From: Ilumatobacter sp.
GTDB lineage: Bacteria > Actinomycetota > Acidimicrobiia > Acidimicrobiales > Ilumatobacteraceae
Direction: 5' to 3'
NCBI GenBank assembly: GCA_013002175.1
Contig: JABDKP010000038.1
Location: forward strand, 1,099-65,098
DNA: 64,000 bases
Shown here one piece after another: positions 9,621 through 18,337 of this stretch; within the stretch, counting starts at the first letter, position 1, and every line of letters starts with the position of its first letter. The notes under the pieces were generated by a model. That model worked only from the letters and a program-made list of their open reading frames with translations, did not search any database and had not been told where the DNA came from. Both the position numbers and the translations under genes were made by a program.

Positions 9621-10373
9621 CTACCAGGTGGCTGCGGTGTCGAGCGACAGCACCCGCTGGAGGTCGTCGTGGAATGCGTCGAAGCCCTCGCTGCGCTGCG
9701 TGCGGTGCTGTTGTGCCGCGACGACACCGGCATCGGACCATTCGGCCGCGAGTCCCCAGCGCGCGATGTCGGCGCGGATCTGGTCGTTCCAACGTGCGGC
9801 GAGGTCGGCCGACGAGTCGGTGACGAAGCCCTCGGCGAGCACGTCGGACTCCGCCGCCGTGGCGTCCCAGATGCCCGCTGCGACCGGCGCCAGCCGCCTG
9901 ATCGAGTCGACGATCCTTCCGGACGTGTCGTTCGCCGCGACACGTGACATGAACTGGTCGGCGTGCGCGAGGTGGAACGACTCCTCACGCTGCGCTCTCG
10001 CCGCGAGCGCCGCAATGTCGGCGTCCGGGCTGGCGGCGAGCGCCTCCCAGCGCAGCGCCTCGGCGCGGTCATACAGCCAGTGCCGGACGAGCGAGTCGTT
10101 CCAGTCGCGGCATTCGATCTCCGCCAACCAGCAGCTGCGATAGTCCTGCGACGCGCGCAGCAGGGCGAACGTATCGAGCTCGCCGACGTCGGCGAGCAGC
10201 AGGCCGTAGAGCCCGATCGCGTGGCCCAGCTCGTCCTGTGCGATCGAGCAGAACGCGAGATCCTCTTCCAGGAACGGACCGAGCCCGATCCAGCTCGTGT
10301 GACGCGCACCGACGAGGTGCTCGTCGTCCGCGAATGCGAGGAGGTAGTCGCGCACCGCGGCCGAGTACGTCAT
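9621..10373 (-). CDS. paaC: Phenylacetyl-CoA epoxidase subunit C
   Basis: GPFLEEDLAFCSIAQDELGHA, REESFH. Confidence 0.85.
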   Translation of the reverse strand: MTYSAAVRDYLLAFADDEHLVGARHTSWIGLGPFLEEDLAFCSIAQDELGHAIGLYGLLLADVGELDTFALLRASQDYRSCWLAEIECRDWNDSLVRHWLYDRAEALRWEALAASPDADIAALAARAQREESFHLAHADQFMSRVAANDTSGRIVDSIRRLAPVAAGIWDATAAESDVLAEGFVTDSSADLAARWNDQIRADIARWGLAAEWSDAGVVAAQQHRTQRSEGFDAFHDDLQRVLSLDTAATW

Positions 10374-10654
10374 TCGTCGCTCCCGGCACCCTCGCGACGG
10401 TCCTTCCGGCGGGCGGCCACGAGCGAACCGTCGTTGTGGCGATGCGGCTTGTCCACGTTGACCGCGAGGTCGGCTTCGTCTGCGACCAGGACGTCGGCGC
10501 GGTCGACCAGCCACATCTCCGCACCCTCGCCGCGCCGGGCGTAGCTCTCACGCGCATACATCAGCGCCATCTCGGGATCGGGCGCTTCCAGTGAACCGGC
10601 GTGGCGAAATTCATCGCGGCCGGGCTTCTTGAGGAACACCTCGTACACGTTCAT
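10370..10654 (-). CDS. paaB: Phenylacetyl-CoA epoxidase subunit B
   Basis: YEVF...HAGSLEAPDPEMALMYARESYARRGE; 4-nt overlaps with both neighbours. Confidence 0.85.
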   Translation of the reverse strand: MNVYEVFLKKPGRDEFRHAGSLEAPDPEMALMYARESYARRGEGAEMWLVDRADVLVADEADLAVNVDKPHRHNDGSLVAARRKDRREGAGSDE

Positions 10655-11133
10655 CGCATCACCTCGACCGGGTTGCGGCACGACGCACACCAGGCGATCG
10701 CACGGCACCGCGTCGGGCCCGCGTCGCTCTGCACGGCGACGTCGTCGCTGCCGCAGACGGGGCACCGTAGCCCGCCGTCCTTGCGGCGCAGCACCACCGT
10801 GTACTGGTCGGCCAGCGACGCGGTCGCCGCCGGCGACATCCTGGCCGTGCTCCACACCGGGCCCGACAGCCAGCGCACGTCGCAGTCGCGGACGTCGGTC
10901 AGGGCCGTCACGGCGTGCTGCACGTCCGTGGCGATCATGTCGAGGGCCGGGCATCCGCTGAACGTGGGGATCAGGCCGACGACGGCCACGGGTCCGTCCG
11001 AGCCGTCCTCGACCTCGATCGTCTCGACCAGGCCGAGGTCGGCGATCGAGACGCCGGGGTATTCGGGGTCGTCGACCGAGGCGACGGCGCGGCGCACCTG
11101 GTCGACCACCGTCGTGGCCGGCACGCTGCTCAT
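10651..11133 (-). CDS. paaD: PaaD-like (DUF59) metal-cluster maturation protein
   Basis: DPEYPGVSIADLG, PTFSGCPA, CPVCGS...TRCRAIAWCASCRNP. Confidence 0.85.
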   Translation of the reverse strand: MSSVPATTVVDQVRRAVASVDDPEYPGVSIADLGLVETIEVEDGSDGPVAVVGLIPTFSGCPALDMIATDVQHAVTALTDVRDCDVRWLSGPVWSTARMSPAATASLADQYTVVLRRKDGGLRCPVCGSDDVAVQSDAGPTRCRAIAWCASCRNPVEVMR

Positions 11134-12074
11134 GTGCCGACCCCCTGCCGGTCGAGCGCGTCGCGCACCCAGGCGGTGTCAGCCCAGTTCTGCGCCGCGG
11201 TCTCGATCCGCCGCTTCGAGTCCGGACCACCCATCCGCATCGTCGCCTTGAGCGGCTCCCAGTCGATCGGGCCGGCGTGCCACCGCCCGTCGTCGTCCTG
11301 CCGCAGCTCGGGGTCGGGGATCTCGAACCCGTACCCGTGCAGCAGCGGCACGTACTTCTGGACATACGCCGCGCGCAGGTCCTCGTTGCGCTGCGATTTG
11401 ATCTTCCACCGCAGCAATGGGTCGTCCGGGTCCGAATCCGGACCGAACAGCTGGACTGCCGGCCACCACCACCGGTTCAGCGCCTCCTGGAACATCGCTC
11501 GCTGCGTGCCGGTGCCCGTCGCGAGGCGCAGCAGCATCTCCTCGCCGTGGCGCATGTGGAAGCCCTCTTCGGCGACGATCCGCTTGAGCACGCGCTTGTA
11601 CGGCCCGTACGTGCACTCGGCGAACACGGCGCGCTGGCTGGCGAATGCGGCTGCGTCGACGAGGTAGGCGATCGCGATCTGGTCGGCCCACGTGACCGCC
11701 TGGTAGTGAAACACGTTGTGGAACCGCGACCGCCCGGCGAACAGGTCCTCGAGCATCTCGGTGCGTGTCTTCACGCTCATGTCGGCGGCGACCATGTACA
11801 GCAGGTGGGCATGGCCGATCTCGTCCTGGGTCTTGGCGAGGAACACCTGTTTCAGACGCAACCCAGGGGCGTGTGGGATCCAGTCCCGCTCGGTCAGGCC
11901 GCCCATCAGCTCGGAGTTGGCGTGGAACTCGATGAACCGGAACACCTCGTCGCGGTACTCGGGCGGCATGTCGTCGCCCGGCTCGACCATCCCACCCGCG
12001 TCGATGAACGCCTGGAAGTCGTCGAGATCGGCCCAGCTCCTGCCGGCCGCCGGTGCTGTCGCCAATGTGTGCAT
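11130..12074 (-). CDS. paaA: Phenylacetyl-CoA epoxidase di-iron subunit A
   Basis: HANSELMG, AKTQDEIGHA, EEGFH, ALNRWWWP, FGPD, WKIK. Confidence 0.92.
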   Translation of the reverse strand: MHTLATAPAAGRSWADLDDFQAFIDAGGMVEPGDDMPPEYRDEVFRFIEFHANSELMGGLTERDWIPHAPGLRLKQVFLAKTQDEIGHAHLLYMVAADMSVKTRTEMLEDLFAGRSRFHNVFHYQAVTWADQIAIAYLVDAAAFASQRAVFAECTYGPYKRVLKRIVAEEGFHMRHGEEMLLRLATGTGTQRAMFQEALNRWWWPAVQLFGPDSDPDDPLLRWKIKSQRNEDLRAAYVQKYVPLLHGYGFEIPDPELRQDDDGRWHAGPIDWEPLKATMRMGGPDSKRRIETAAQNWADTAWVRDALDRQGVGT

Positions 12075-12080
12075 GCGGAG

Positions 12081-12119
12081 AGTGTACCTGTCCCGCAGAG
12101 ATCGTCAAGGCCTTAACTA
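12081..12119 (-). promoter_or_regulatory. Leaderless sigma70-type promoter of paaA (TTGACG-16-TACACT) with overlapping MarR-type palindrome
   Basis: Minus strand -35 at 12108-12103, -10 at 12086-12081, ATG 6 nt downstream; near-palindrome TCGTCAAGG|CCTTAACTA at 12102-12119. Confidence 0.7.
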
Positions 12120-12634
12120 CCTTCGGCCGCTCCCGTTGGTCGTGCTGCGAGCAACGTGCGCATCGTCGTCGTGAACTGTGCCAGTTCCGACGCCGGGAGG
12201 GCGGCGAACAGCTCGCGCTCACGGGCGTGTTGGAGCCGGTATGCCTCGCGCAATTTCGTCGATCCGGCCGGGGTGACGCTGACGGTCACCAACCGGCCGT
12301 CGGCCTGAACGCGCTGGCGGGCGGCGAACCCGTCGCGTTCGAGCGTGTTGACCACTCCGGACACTGCCGCACGCGACACGCCGGAGAGCCGGGCGATCTC
12401 GCGTGGTTCGAGCGACCCGTGCACCCACACGGTGAACAGCACCCGGAACCCGGCGATCGACAGCCCGATCGGGCGATGCACCGTGTTCTCCAGATCGCCG
12501 ATCACGCGTGCCGACACGCGGAACAGGTCGAACATCGCCGCGAAGGCATCGAGGTCGATGTCGTCGCCGAGTTCGACGACCCGGCGGCGAGCGAGCACCT
12601 CGAAGTCGTCGACCGGCGCGCCGTCATTCGTCAC
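12113..12634 (-). CDS. MarR family transcriptional regulator
   Basis: GLSIAGFRVL...VSRAAVSGVVNTLERDG...DGRLVTVSVTPAG. Confidence 0.9.
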   Translation of the reverse strand: MTNDGAPVDDFEVLARRRVVELGDDIDLDAFAAMFDLFRVSARVIGDLENTVHRPIGLSIAGFRVLFTVWVHGSLEPREIARLSGVSRAAVSGVVNTLERDGFAARQRVQADGRLVTVSVTPAGSTKLREAYRLQHARERELFAALPASELAQFTTTMRTLLAARPTGAAEGS

Positions 12635-13034
12635 CGATCACCGCTCCCCCGACTGTCAACGTGTGACCGCGCACCAGCGCCACCGTGTCGCCGTCACCGT
12701 TGGTCACCGTGATGTCGTGCACCGTGTTGCGGCCCCGCTGGGCGGCCACGACACTCGTCGCGACGAGGCGATCGCCCGTCCGGGCCGGCAGCAGCCACTC
12801 GATCGACGCCGTCGTGGCGAAGCTGCGCTCGTCGCCGGCGTTCGCGGCGTGCGCCATCGCAGTGTCGGCGAGCGTGAACAGCAGTCCACCGTGGCAGACG
12901 TCGAGTCCGTTGGTCATCTCCTCGGTGACGGTCATGCTGACCACTGCATGGCCCGGTTCGGCGCGGTCGATCGACATCGCGAGTTCGTGCGCCACGTTGT
13001 CGCGTTCGTGCATGGCAGCCGAGGCGGGCGTCAT
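12624..13034 (-). CDS. paaI: Hotdog-fold acyl-CoA thioesterase PaaI
   Basis: NGLDVCHGGLLFTLADTA motif; adjacent to paa genes. Confidence 0.85.
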   Translation of the reverse strand: MTPASAAMHERDNVAHELAMSIDRAEPGHAVVSMTVTEEMTNGLDVCHGGLLFTLADTAMAHAANAGDERSFATTASIEWLLPARTGDRLVATSVVAAQRGRNTVHDITVTNGDGDTVALVRGHTLTVGGAVIGDE

Positions 13035-13122
13035 CGCCGCGACCCTAGTAGCAGCAATTCCGAGCCCGCGGCGCACGAAGCGACCTTCGGCCCTTGGCCG
13101 GCGGACAGGCCGGCGCGTCAAC

Positions 13123-13151
13123 GTCAAAGTTGTGCCTGGCACAACTTTGAC
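13123..13151. repeat. 29-bp perfect palindrome (copy 2; extends to 13121-13153)
   Basis: ACGTCAAAGTTGTGCCTGGCACAACTTTGACGT between divergent paaI and epoxide hydrolase. Confidence 0.95.
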
Positions 13152-13172
13152 GTGAGGCTCTACCGTGCGGGA

Positions 13173-14309
13173 ATGCCCAGCGACATCGTCCCGTTCAACA
13201 TCGACGTCGGCGACGATGTGCTCGAGGATCTCCGCCACCGGCTGCACGCCACCCGGTGGCCGGAGGCCGAACTCGTCGGCGACTGGTCGCAGGGCACGCC
13301 CCTCGCCTACGTCCGGGAGTTCTGTGCTACGTGGGTCGACGACTACGACTGGCGGGAGCGTGAGGCTGCGCTGAACCGATTCGACCAGTTCATGACGGAG
13401 ATCGACGGCCTGAACCTGCACTTCGTCCACCAGCGCTCGCCACACGCCGACGCGACACCACTGCTGCTCACGCACGGCTGGCCGGGCTCGATCGTCGAGT
13501 TCCACAAGGTGATCGAACCGCTGACCGACCCGACCGCGCACGGCGGGGACGCCGCGGATGCGTTCCATGTCGTCGCGCCGTCGCTGCCCGGCTACGGCTT
13601 CTCCGGCAAGCCGACCGAGACGGGCTGGGGTGTCGAGAAGATCGCCACGACGTTCGCCGAGCTGATGGCCCGGCTCGGCTACGACCACTACCTCGCCCAG
13701 GGCGGCGACTGGGGCTCGGCGGTGACGGCGGCGCTCGGCGCGCTCGACGCCGACCATTGTGATGCCGTGCACGTCACGCTCGCGATGGGTGCGCGGCCCC
13801 AACTCGACGGCGAACTCTCCCCGCAGGCGCAGCGGGCACTCGCCGGCATCCAGTTCTACAGCGAGTGGGACTCCGGCTATTCGAAGCAGCAGGCGACGCG
13901 GCCGCAGACGGTCGGGTACGGACTCGTCGACTCACCGGCCGCGCAGGCGGCGTGGATCCTCGAAAAGTTCTGGGCCTGGACCGACAACGACGGCCACCCG
14001 GAGGACGTCCTGACCCGCGCAGAATTGATCGACAACGTGATGCTGTACTGGATCAACGGCACCGGCGCGTCGTCCGCGCGGCTCTACTGGGAGAGCTTCG
14101 GCAGGGGACCGCGGCACACGGTGGCGGTCCCCTCCGGGTTCGCCGTGTTCCCGAAGGAGATCGTGCCGCCGGTGCGCGAGTGGGTCGAGCCCGACTTCAC
14201 CGACATCCGGCACTGGAACGAGTACGACCGCGGCGGCCACTTCGCGGCCTTCGAGGTCCCCGACGTGTACGTCGACGAGGTGCGCACCTTCGCCCGCGCC
14301 GTCCGCTGA
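13173..14309 (+). CDS. Epoxide hydrolase (EHN + alpha/beta hydrolase)
   Basis: HGWPGS, PSLPGYGFS, QGGDWGS, GGHFAAFE. Confidence 0.93.
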   Translation: MPSDIVPFNIDVGDDVLEDLRHRLHATRWPEAELVGDWSQGTPLAYVREFCATWVDDYDWREREAALNRFDQFMTEIDGLNLHFVHQRSPHADATPLLLTHGWPGSIVEFHKVIEPLTDPTAHGGDAADAFHVVAPSLPGYGFSGKPTETGWGVEKIATTFAELMARLGYDHYLAQGGDWGSAVTAALGALDADHCDAVHVTLAMGARPQLDGELSPQAQRALAGIQFYSEWDSGYSKQQATRPQTVGYGLVDSPAAQAAWILEKFWAWTDNDGHPEDVLTRAELIDNVMLYWINGTGASSARLYWESFGRGPRHTVAVPSGFAVFPKEIVPPVREWVEPDFTDIRHWNEYDRGGHFAAFEVPDVYVDEVRTFARAVR

Positions 14310-14457
14310 CGACCGGCCGACCCACGCACCGAGACGATCCACGTGGCAGGCGGGCGGTGACATCGAACACGTCGGGCGCTCCACCCTCGGGCCGATCGTC
14401 GCTCGTCGCTACCGTGAGCCGAGGTCGACACCCGCCACCCACCGCGACCCCCACGCC

Positions 14458-15768
14458 ATGACGACGACGACGCCGACCACCCCACCCCAGCACGGCAAGG
14501 AGCCCGGCAGCGCCCGCGCCGCGCTGTCCTACCGGCCGTTCCGGATCATCTTCGTCGGGCTCGCGCTGTCGCAGGTCGGCACGTGGATGCAGAACTTCAC
14601 GCTGCCGGCGTACGTGCAGGACCGCACCGACCGACCGGCGCTCGTCGGGCTGATGATCTTCATGCAGCTCGGGCCACTGCTGCTGCTGTCGATCCCGGCG
14701 GGTGTCCTCGCCGACAAGATCTCGAAGCAGAAGTTGCAGCTCAGTGCGCAGTCGACGATGGCCCTGCTGACGATCGGCCTCGCCGTGTTCGTGGCGCGCG
14801 ACTTCGCGCTGTGGACGATCTTCGCCACCCAGCTCGGCATCGGGATCGCCAACGCGCTCAACGCGCCGGCGTTCCAGGCGAGCATGCCGTTGCTCGTGCA
14901 CCGCCAGGACCTGCCCGGCGCGATCAGCCTCAACTCGGCGATGATCAACGGCAGCCGGGTGATGGGGCCGGTGCTCGCCGCCGTGCTCGCAGCGGCCGGG
15001 ATGTCGACGGCGCAGATCTTCGTCGCGAACGCCGCGACGTACATCTTCTACATCAGTGCCCTGCTGATCGTCCGGATGCCGGACGTCCGCGGCACGTTCG
15101 CCGAGCAGGGTTGGCGCCGGCTGCTGACCGGGGTCAACATCGTGCGCGAGCGCACCGTGCTGTCGCGACTGCTGATGGGGATGTTCCTGTTCTCGCTGTT
15201 CAGTCTCGTCTACATCGGGCTGTTCCCGTCCGTCGCCGAACTCAACTTCGGGTTCGACCCGCTCGGCAACTCGTATCGCGCGCTCTACGCGACGTGGGGC
15301 GCCGGTGCGTTCTTCGGCGCGATCTCGGTTGGCACGTTCCTGTCCGACGTGCGCCGCCAGACGCTGATCGTGCGCGGCTTCACCGGCTTCGCCGTGACAC
15401 TGGCCGTCTTCTCGCAGCTGCGCGACGCCGTCCTGCCGTTTCCCGTCGGCTTCGTGCTCGGCTTCTTCTACTTCATGACCGCCACCGCGATCACGACCAC
15501 GTTGCAGCTCAACCTCAAGGACACCGAACGGGCGTCGGTGATGCCGCTGTGGTTCATGGTGTTCGGCGGCACCGTGCCGATCGGCAACCTGGTGTTCGGC
15601 GTCGTCATCGAGTGGGTCGGTGCGCGTGCCGTGCTCGGCTTCGGCGCCGCGTTCGCGCTGTTCCTCGCGTACTGGGTCGACCTCCGTCGATTCTCCGAGG
15701 CAGCGTTCCTCGCCGAGCACGAAGGCGGCGAGCGCTACACCCCGGTCAACGCCAGCCGCTTCATCTGA
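14458..15768 (+). CDS. MFS transporter (MFS_3-like)
   Basis: LSQVGTWMQ, AGVLADK, multiple hydrophobic segments. Confidence 0.9.
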   Translation: MTTTTPTTPPQHGKEPGSARAALSYRPFRIIFVGLALSQVGTWMQNFTLPAYVQDRTDRPALVGLMIFMQLGPLLLLSIPAGVLADKISKQKLQLSAQSTMALLTIGLAVFVARDFALWTIFATQLGIGIANALNAPAFQASMPLLVHRQDLPGAISLNSAMINGSRVMGPVLAAVLAAAGMSTAQIFVANAATYIFYISALLIVRMPDVRGTFAEQGWRRLLTGVNIVRERTVLSRLLMGMFLFSLFSLVYIGLFPSVAELNFGFDPLGNSYRALYATWGAGAFFGAISVGTFLSDVRRQTLIVRGFTGFAVTLAVFSQLRDAVLPFPVGFVLGFFYFMTATAITTTLQLNLKDTERASVMPLWFMVFGGTVPIGNLVFGVVIEWVGARAVLGFGAAFALFLAYWVDLRRFSEAAFLAEHEGGERYTPVNASRFI

Positions 15769-15780
15769 CGCCCCCCAGCC

Positions 15781-15824
15781 CGCGATGACGATGACCCCGC
15801 CCCGGCGGGACGATCGTCATCGCG
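15781..15824. terminator. Long hairpin between convergent genes (probable bidirectional terminator)
   Basis: CGCGATGACGAT...ATCGTCATCGCG 12-bp outer stem with inner CCCGC/GCGGG stem. Confidence 0.6.
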
Positions 15825-15845
15825 CGGGTTGGCGTCGTGGCACGG

Positions 15846-17141
15846 TCAGCCCAGCAGCGCGTGGGCGATGCGTTCCAGGCCGGCGGCTCGGCTGGCCTTG
15901 ACGAGCACGACATCGCCGGCGCCGATGGGGCCGAGCGCCGCGATCGGATCGTCGGCTGGCGGGTGCCCGTAGAGCTCGGTGCCGGTCGCGATCACGTCGA
16001 TGCCGAGCTGCGCAGCGATGTCGGCGACCTCGCGGTGGCCTGCCGGCGGGTCGTCGAGTTCACCCATCGGCCCGAGGATCGCGATGCGCCGCTCACCATC
16101 CATCGCCGCCACTGCCTCGAGCGCGGCCCGCATCGACGTCGGGTTGGCGTTGTACGCGTCGTTGACCACGACGGCGCCCGCTGCGGTCGTCACGACCTCC
16201 ATCCGCATGTCCGACAGCGTCGCGGTGCCCAGCGCCGCGACCGCCGCGTCGAGTTCGACGCCGACCGAGCAGGCGACCGCGATCGCGGCGGCGGCGTTCG
16301 AGGCCATGTGCGCCCCGCTCACCGCCAGTCCGACCTGCGCGCTCCCCCACGGGGTCGAAACCGTGAACCGGGGTCGGGCGAGGTCGTCGAGGCGCAGGTC
16401 GCTGATCGCGACATCTCCGGATGCCCCGTAGGTGATCACCGCCGCTCCGGTGTGATCCGCCATCGCCGCCACCCGCTCGTCGTCGGCGTTGAGCACGGCC
16501 GTCCCGCGCTTCGGCAATGCCTCCACCAGCTCGCGCTTGGCCCGGGCGACGCCGTCGATGCCGCCGAGCAACTCGGTGTGCGAGTGCCCCACAGCGGTGA
16601 CGACCCCGACGTCGGGGCGGGCGACCTCGCACAGGGCGCTGATCTCACCGAAGCCGCGCATGCCCATCTCGAGCACGAGCACCTCGGTGTCGTCGGGCGC
16701 GTCGAGGATCGTGATCGGCAGCCCCTGCTCGTTGTTGAAGCTGCGCTCGTTCGCCGTCGTGCGGCGGCCGGCCGCGCATGCTGCGGCAATGAGGTCCTTC
16801 GTGGACGTCTTGCCGACGCTGCCGGTGACGCCGACGACCGTCGCCGCCGACTGCTGGCGCGCCCAACCCGCCAACGCCATGAGCGCCCGTGCCGTGTCCG
16901 CCACCTCGATCGCGGTGCCGTCCCGCCGGAACTCGTCGGGCTCGCTGGTCAGATGCACCGGCGAACCTGCTTCTCTCGCTCGACCGATGAACTCGTGGCC
17001 GTTGCGGTCGGCGGCGATCGGCACGAAGAGTTGGCCGGGCCGCAACGTGCGGGAGTCGTACGACGCACCATCGAACTCGACGTCGGGCCCGATGAGCCGA
17101 CCGCCGATGCCCGCCGCAGCCGCGGCTGCCCGAAACCTCAC
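15846..17141 (-). CDS. murF: UDP-MurNAc-tripeptide--D-Ala-D-Ala ligase
   Basis: VTGSVGKTSTKD, SFNNEQGLP, EMGMRG, NDAYNANP, LVKASR. Confidence 0.95.
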   Translation of the reverse strand: MRFRAAAAAAGIGGRLIGPDVEFDGASYDSRTLRPGQLFVPIAADRNGHEFIGRAREAGSPVHLTSEPDEFRRDGTAIEVADTARALMALAGWARQQSAATVVGVTGSVGKTSTKDLIAAACAAGRRTTANERSFNNEQGLPITILDAPDDTEVLVLEMGMRGFGEISALCEVARPDVGVVTAVGHSHTELLGGIDGVARAKRELVEALPKRGTAVLNADDERVAAMADHTGAAVITYGASGDVAISDLRLDDLARPRFTVSTPWGSAQVGLAVSGAHMASNAAAAIAVACSVGVELDAAVAALGTATLSDMRMEVVTTAAGAVVVNDAYNANPTSMRAALEAVAAMDGERRIAILGPMGELDDPPAGHREVADIAAQLGIDVIATGTELYGHPPADDPIAALGPIGAGDVVLVKASRAAGLERIAHALLG

Positions 17142-17164
17142 GATGCCAGAATCCTCACAGGGCG

Positions 17165-17178
17165 GAACGGTACCGTTC
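17165..17178. promoter_or_regulatory. Palindrome GAACGGTACCGTTC giving a TACCGT -10 hexamer on both strands (murF/ddl)
   Basis: Perfect 14-bp palindrome in the 42-bp divergent gap; + strand TACCGT is 7 nt before the ddl ATG. Confidence 0.5.
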
Positions 17179-17183
17179 AGGAC

Positions 17184-18308
17184 ATGACGGAACGCGAGAC
17201 GCCCGCCGGGACCGGCGAATCGCCGACCGACGATCGGATCCACCTGATCGTGCTGTTCGGCGGTGAGAGCGCGGAGCACGACGTCTCCTGCACCACCGCC
17301 GCGCATGTACTGGCCGCGGCCGACCCGGCCAAATACCGGATCACGCCGATCGGCATCTCGACCGACGGACAGTGGGCGCTGGCGAACGGGGCGGTCGCCG
17401 CGCTGGCTGCCGGACCGGACGCCCTGCCCGACCGGCTCGACCCCGGCGGCACCGCCGTGTCACCCACCCCGTTGCTCGCCGACGTCACGGCCCGCCCCGA
17501 GCGCACCGTCGTGATGCCACTGCTCCACGGCCCGCTCGGCGAGGACGGCACGGTGCAGGGGCTGCTCGACCTGGCCGACGTGGCATACGTCGGGTCGGGT
17601 GTCCTCGGCTCCGCGCTGGCAATGGACAAGGCGATGGCCAAGGAGGTACTCACGGCTGCCGGCATCCCACAGGCCCGCCACCGTTCGTTCGCAGACCACG
17701 AGATGACGCCGGGGCTGCCGCAGGAACTGGCCGACGACCTGGGGCTGCCGGCGTTCGTCAAGCCGGCGAACATGGGGTCGTCGGTCGGCGTGTCAAAAGC
17801 CACCACGGTCGAGGCGCTGCGCGACGCGATCGACCTCGCGCTCACGTATGACGAAGTCGTCGTCGTCGAGGAGGCGGTCGCCGGCAAGGAGATCGAGGTC
17901 GCCGTACTCGGCAACACCGACCCGCAGGCGGCGACGCCCGGCGAGATCGTGCCGGGCGACGAGTTCTACAGCTACGAGGACAAGTACGTCACCGACGGGT
18001 CGTACGCCGTCATCCCGGCGCCGATCGGCGACGACGCACTGGCCGAGGCGCAAGCGTTGGCCATCCGCACGTACCGGGCGCTGCGCTGCGACGGGCTGGC
18101 GCGGGTCGACTTCTTCTACGAGGACCCGACCACCGGCGGCCGTGGGTTGCTCTGCAACGAGGTCAACACGATGCCGGGCTTCACGCCGATCTCGATGTTC
18201 CCGAAGATGTGGATCGCCGACGGCCTCAGCTACCCCGCGATCATCGACCGCCTCGTCGACCTCGCCCTCGACCGACACAGCCGTCGCCGCCGCAACACCA
18301 AGCATTGA
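17184..18308 (+). CDS. ddl: D-alanine--D-alanine ligase
   Basis: FGGESAEHDVS, LHGPLGEDG, KPANMGSSVGV, FYSYEDKY, NEVNTMPGFT. Confidence 0.95.
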   Translation: MTERETPAGTGESPTDDRIHLIVLFGGESAEHDVSCTTAAHVLAAADPAKYRITPIGISTDGQWALANGAVAALAAGPDALPDRLDPGGTAVSPTPLLADVTARPERTVVMPLLHGPLGEDGTVQGLLDLADVAYVGSGVLGSALAMDKAMAKEVLTAAGIPQARHRSFADHEMTPGLPQELADDLGLPAFVKPANMGSSVGVSKATTVEALRDAIDLALTYDEVVVVEEAVAGKEIEVAVLGNTDPQAATPGEIVPGDEFYSYEDKYVTDGSYAVIPAPIGDDALAEAQALAIRTYRALRCDGLARVDFFYEDPTTGGRGLLCNEVNTMPGFTPISMFPKMWIADGLSYPAIIDRLVDLALDRHSRRRRNTKH

Positions 18309-18337
18309 CCGCGCTCCCCGGGGTCGACTCCCGGCCG

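Noticed and set aside
13147-13166. TTGACG in the palindrome arm acting as -35 for the epoxide hydrolase
   Set aside because: Only 8 nt from the TACCGT hexamer, too short for a sigma70 promoter.
17184-18308. Possible VanA-type D-Ala-D-Lac ligase
   Set aside because: Omega-loop YEDKY is the D-Ala-D-Ala type; no vanH/vanX nearby.
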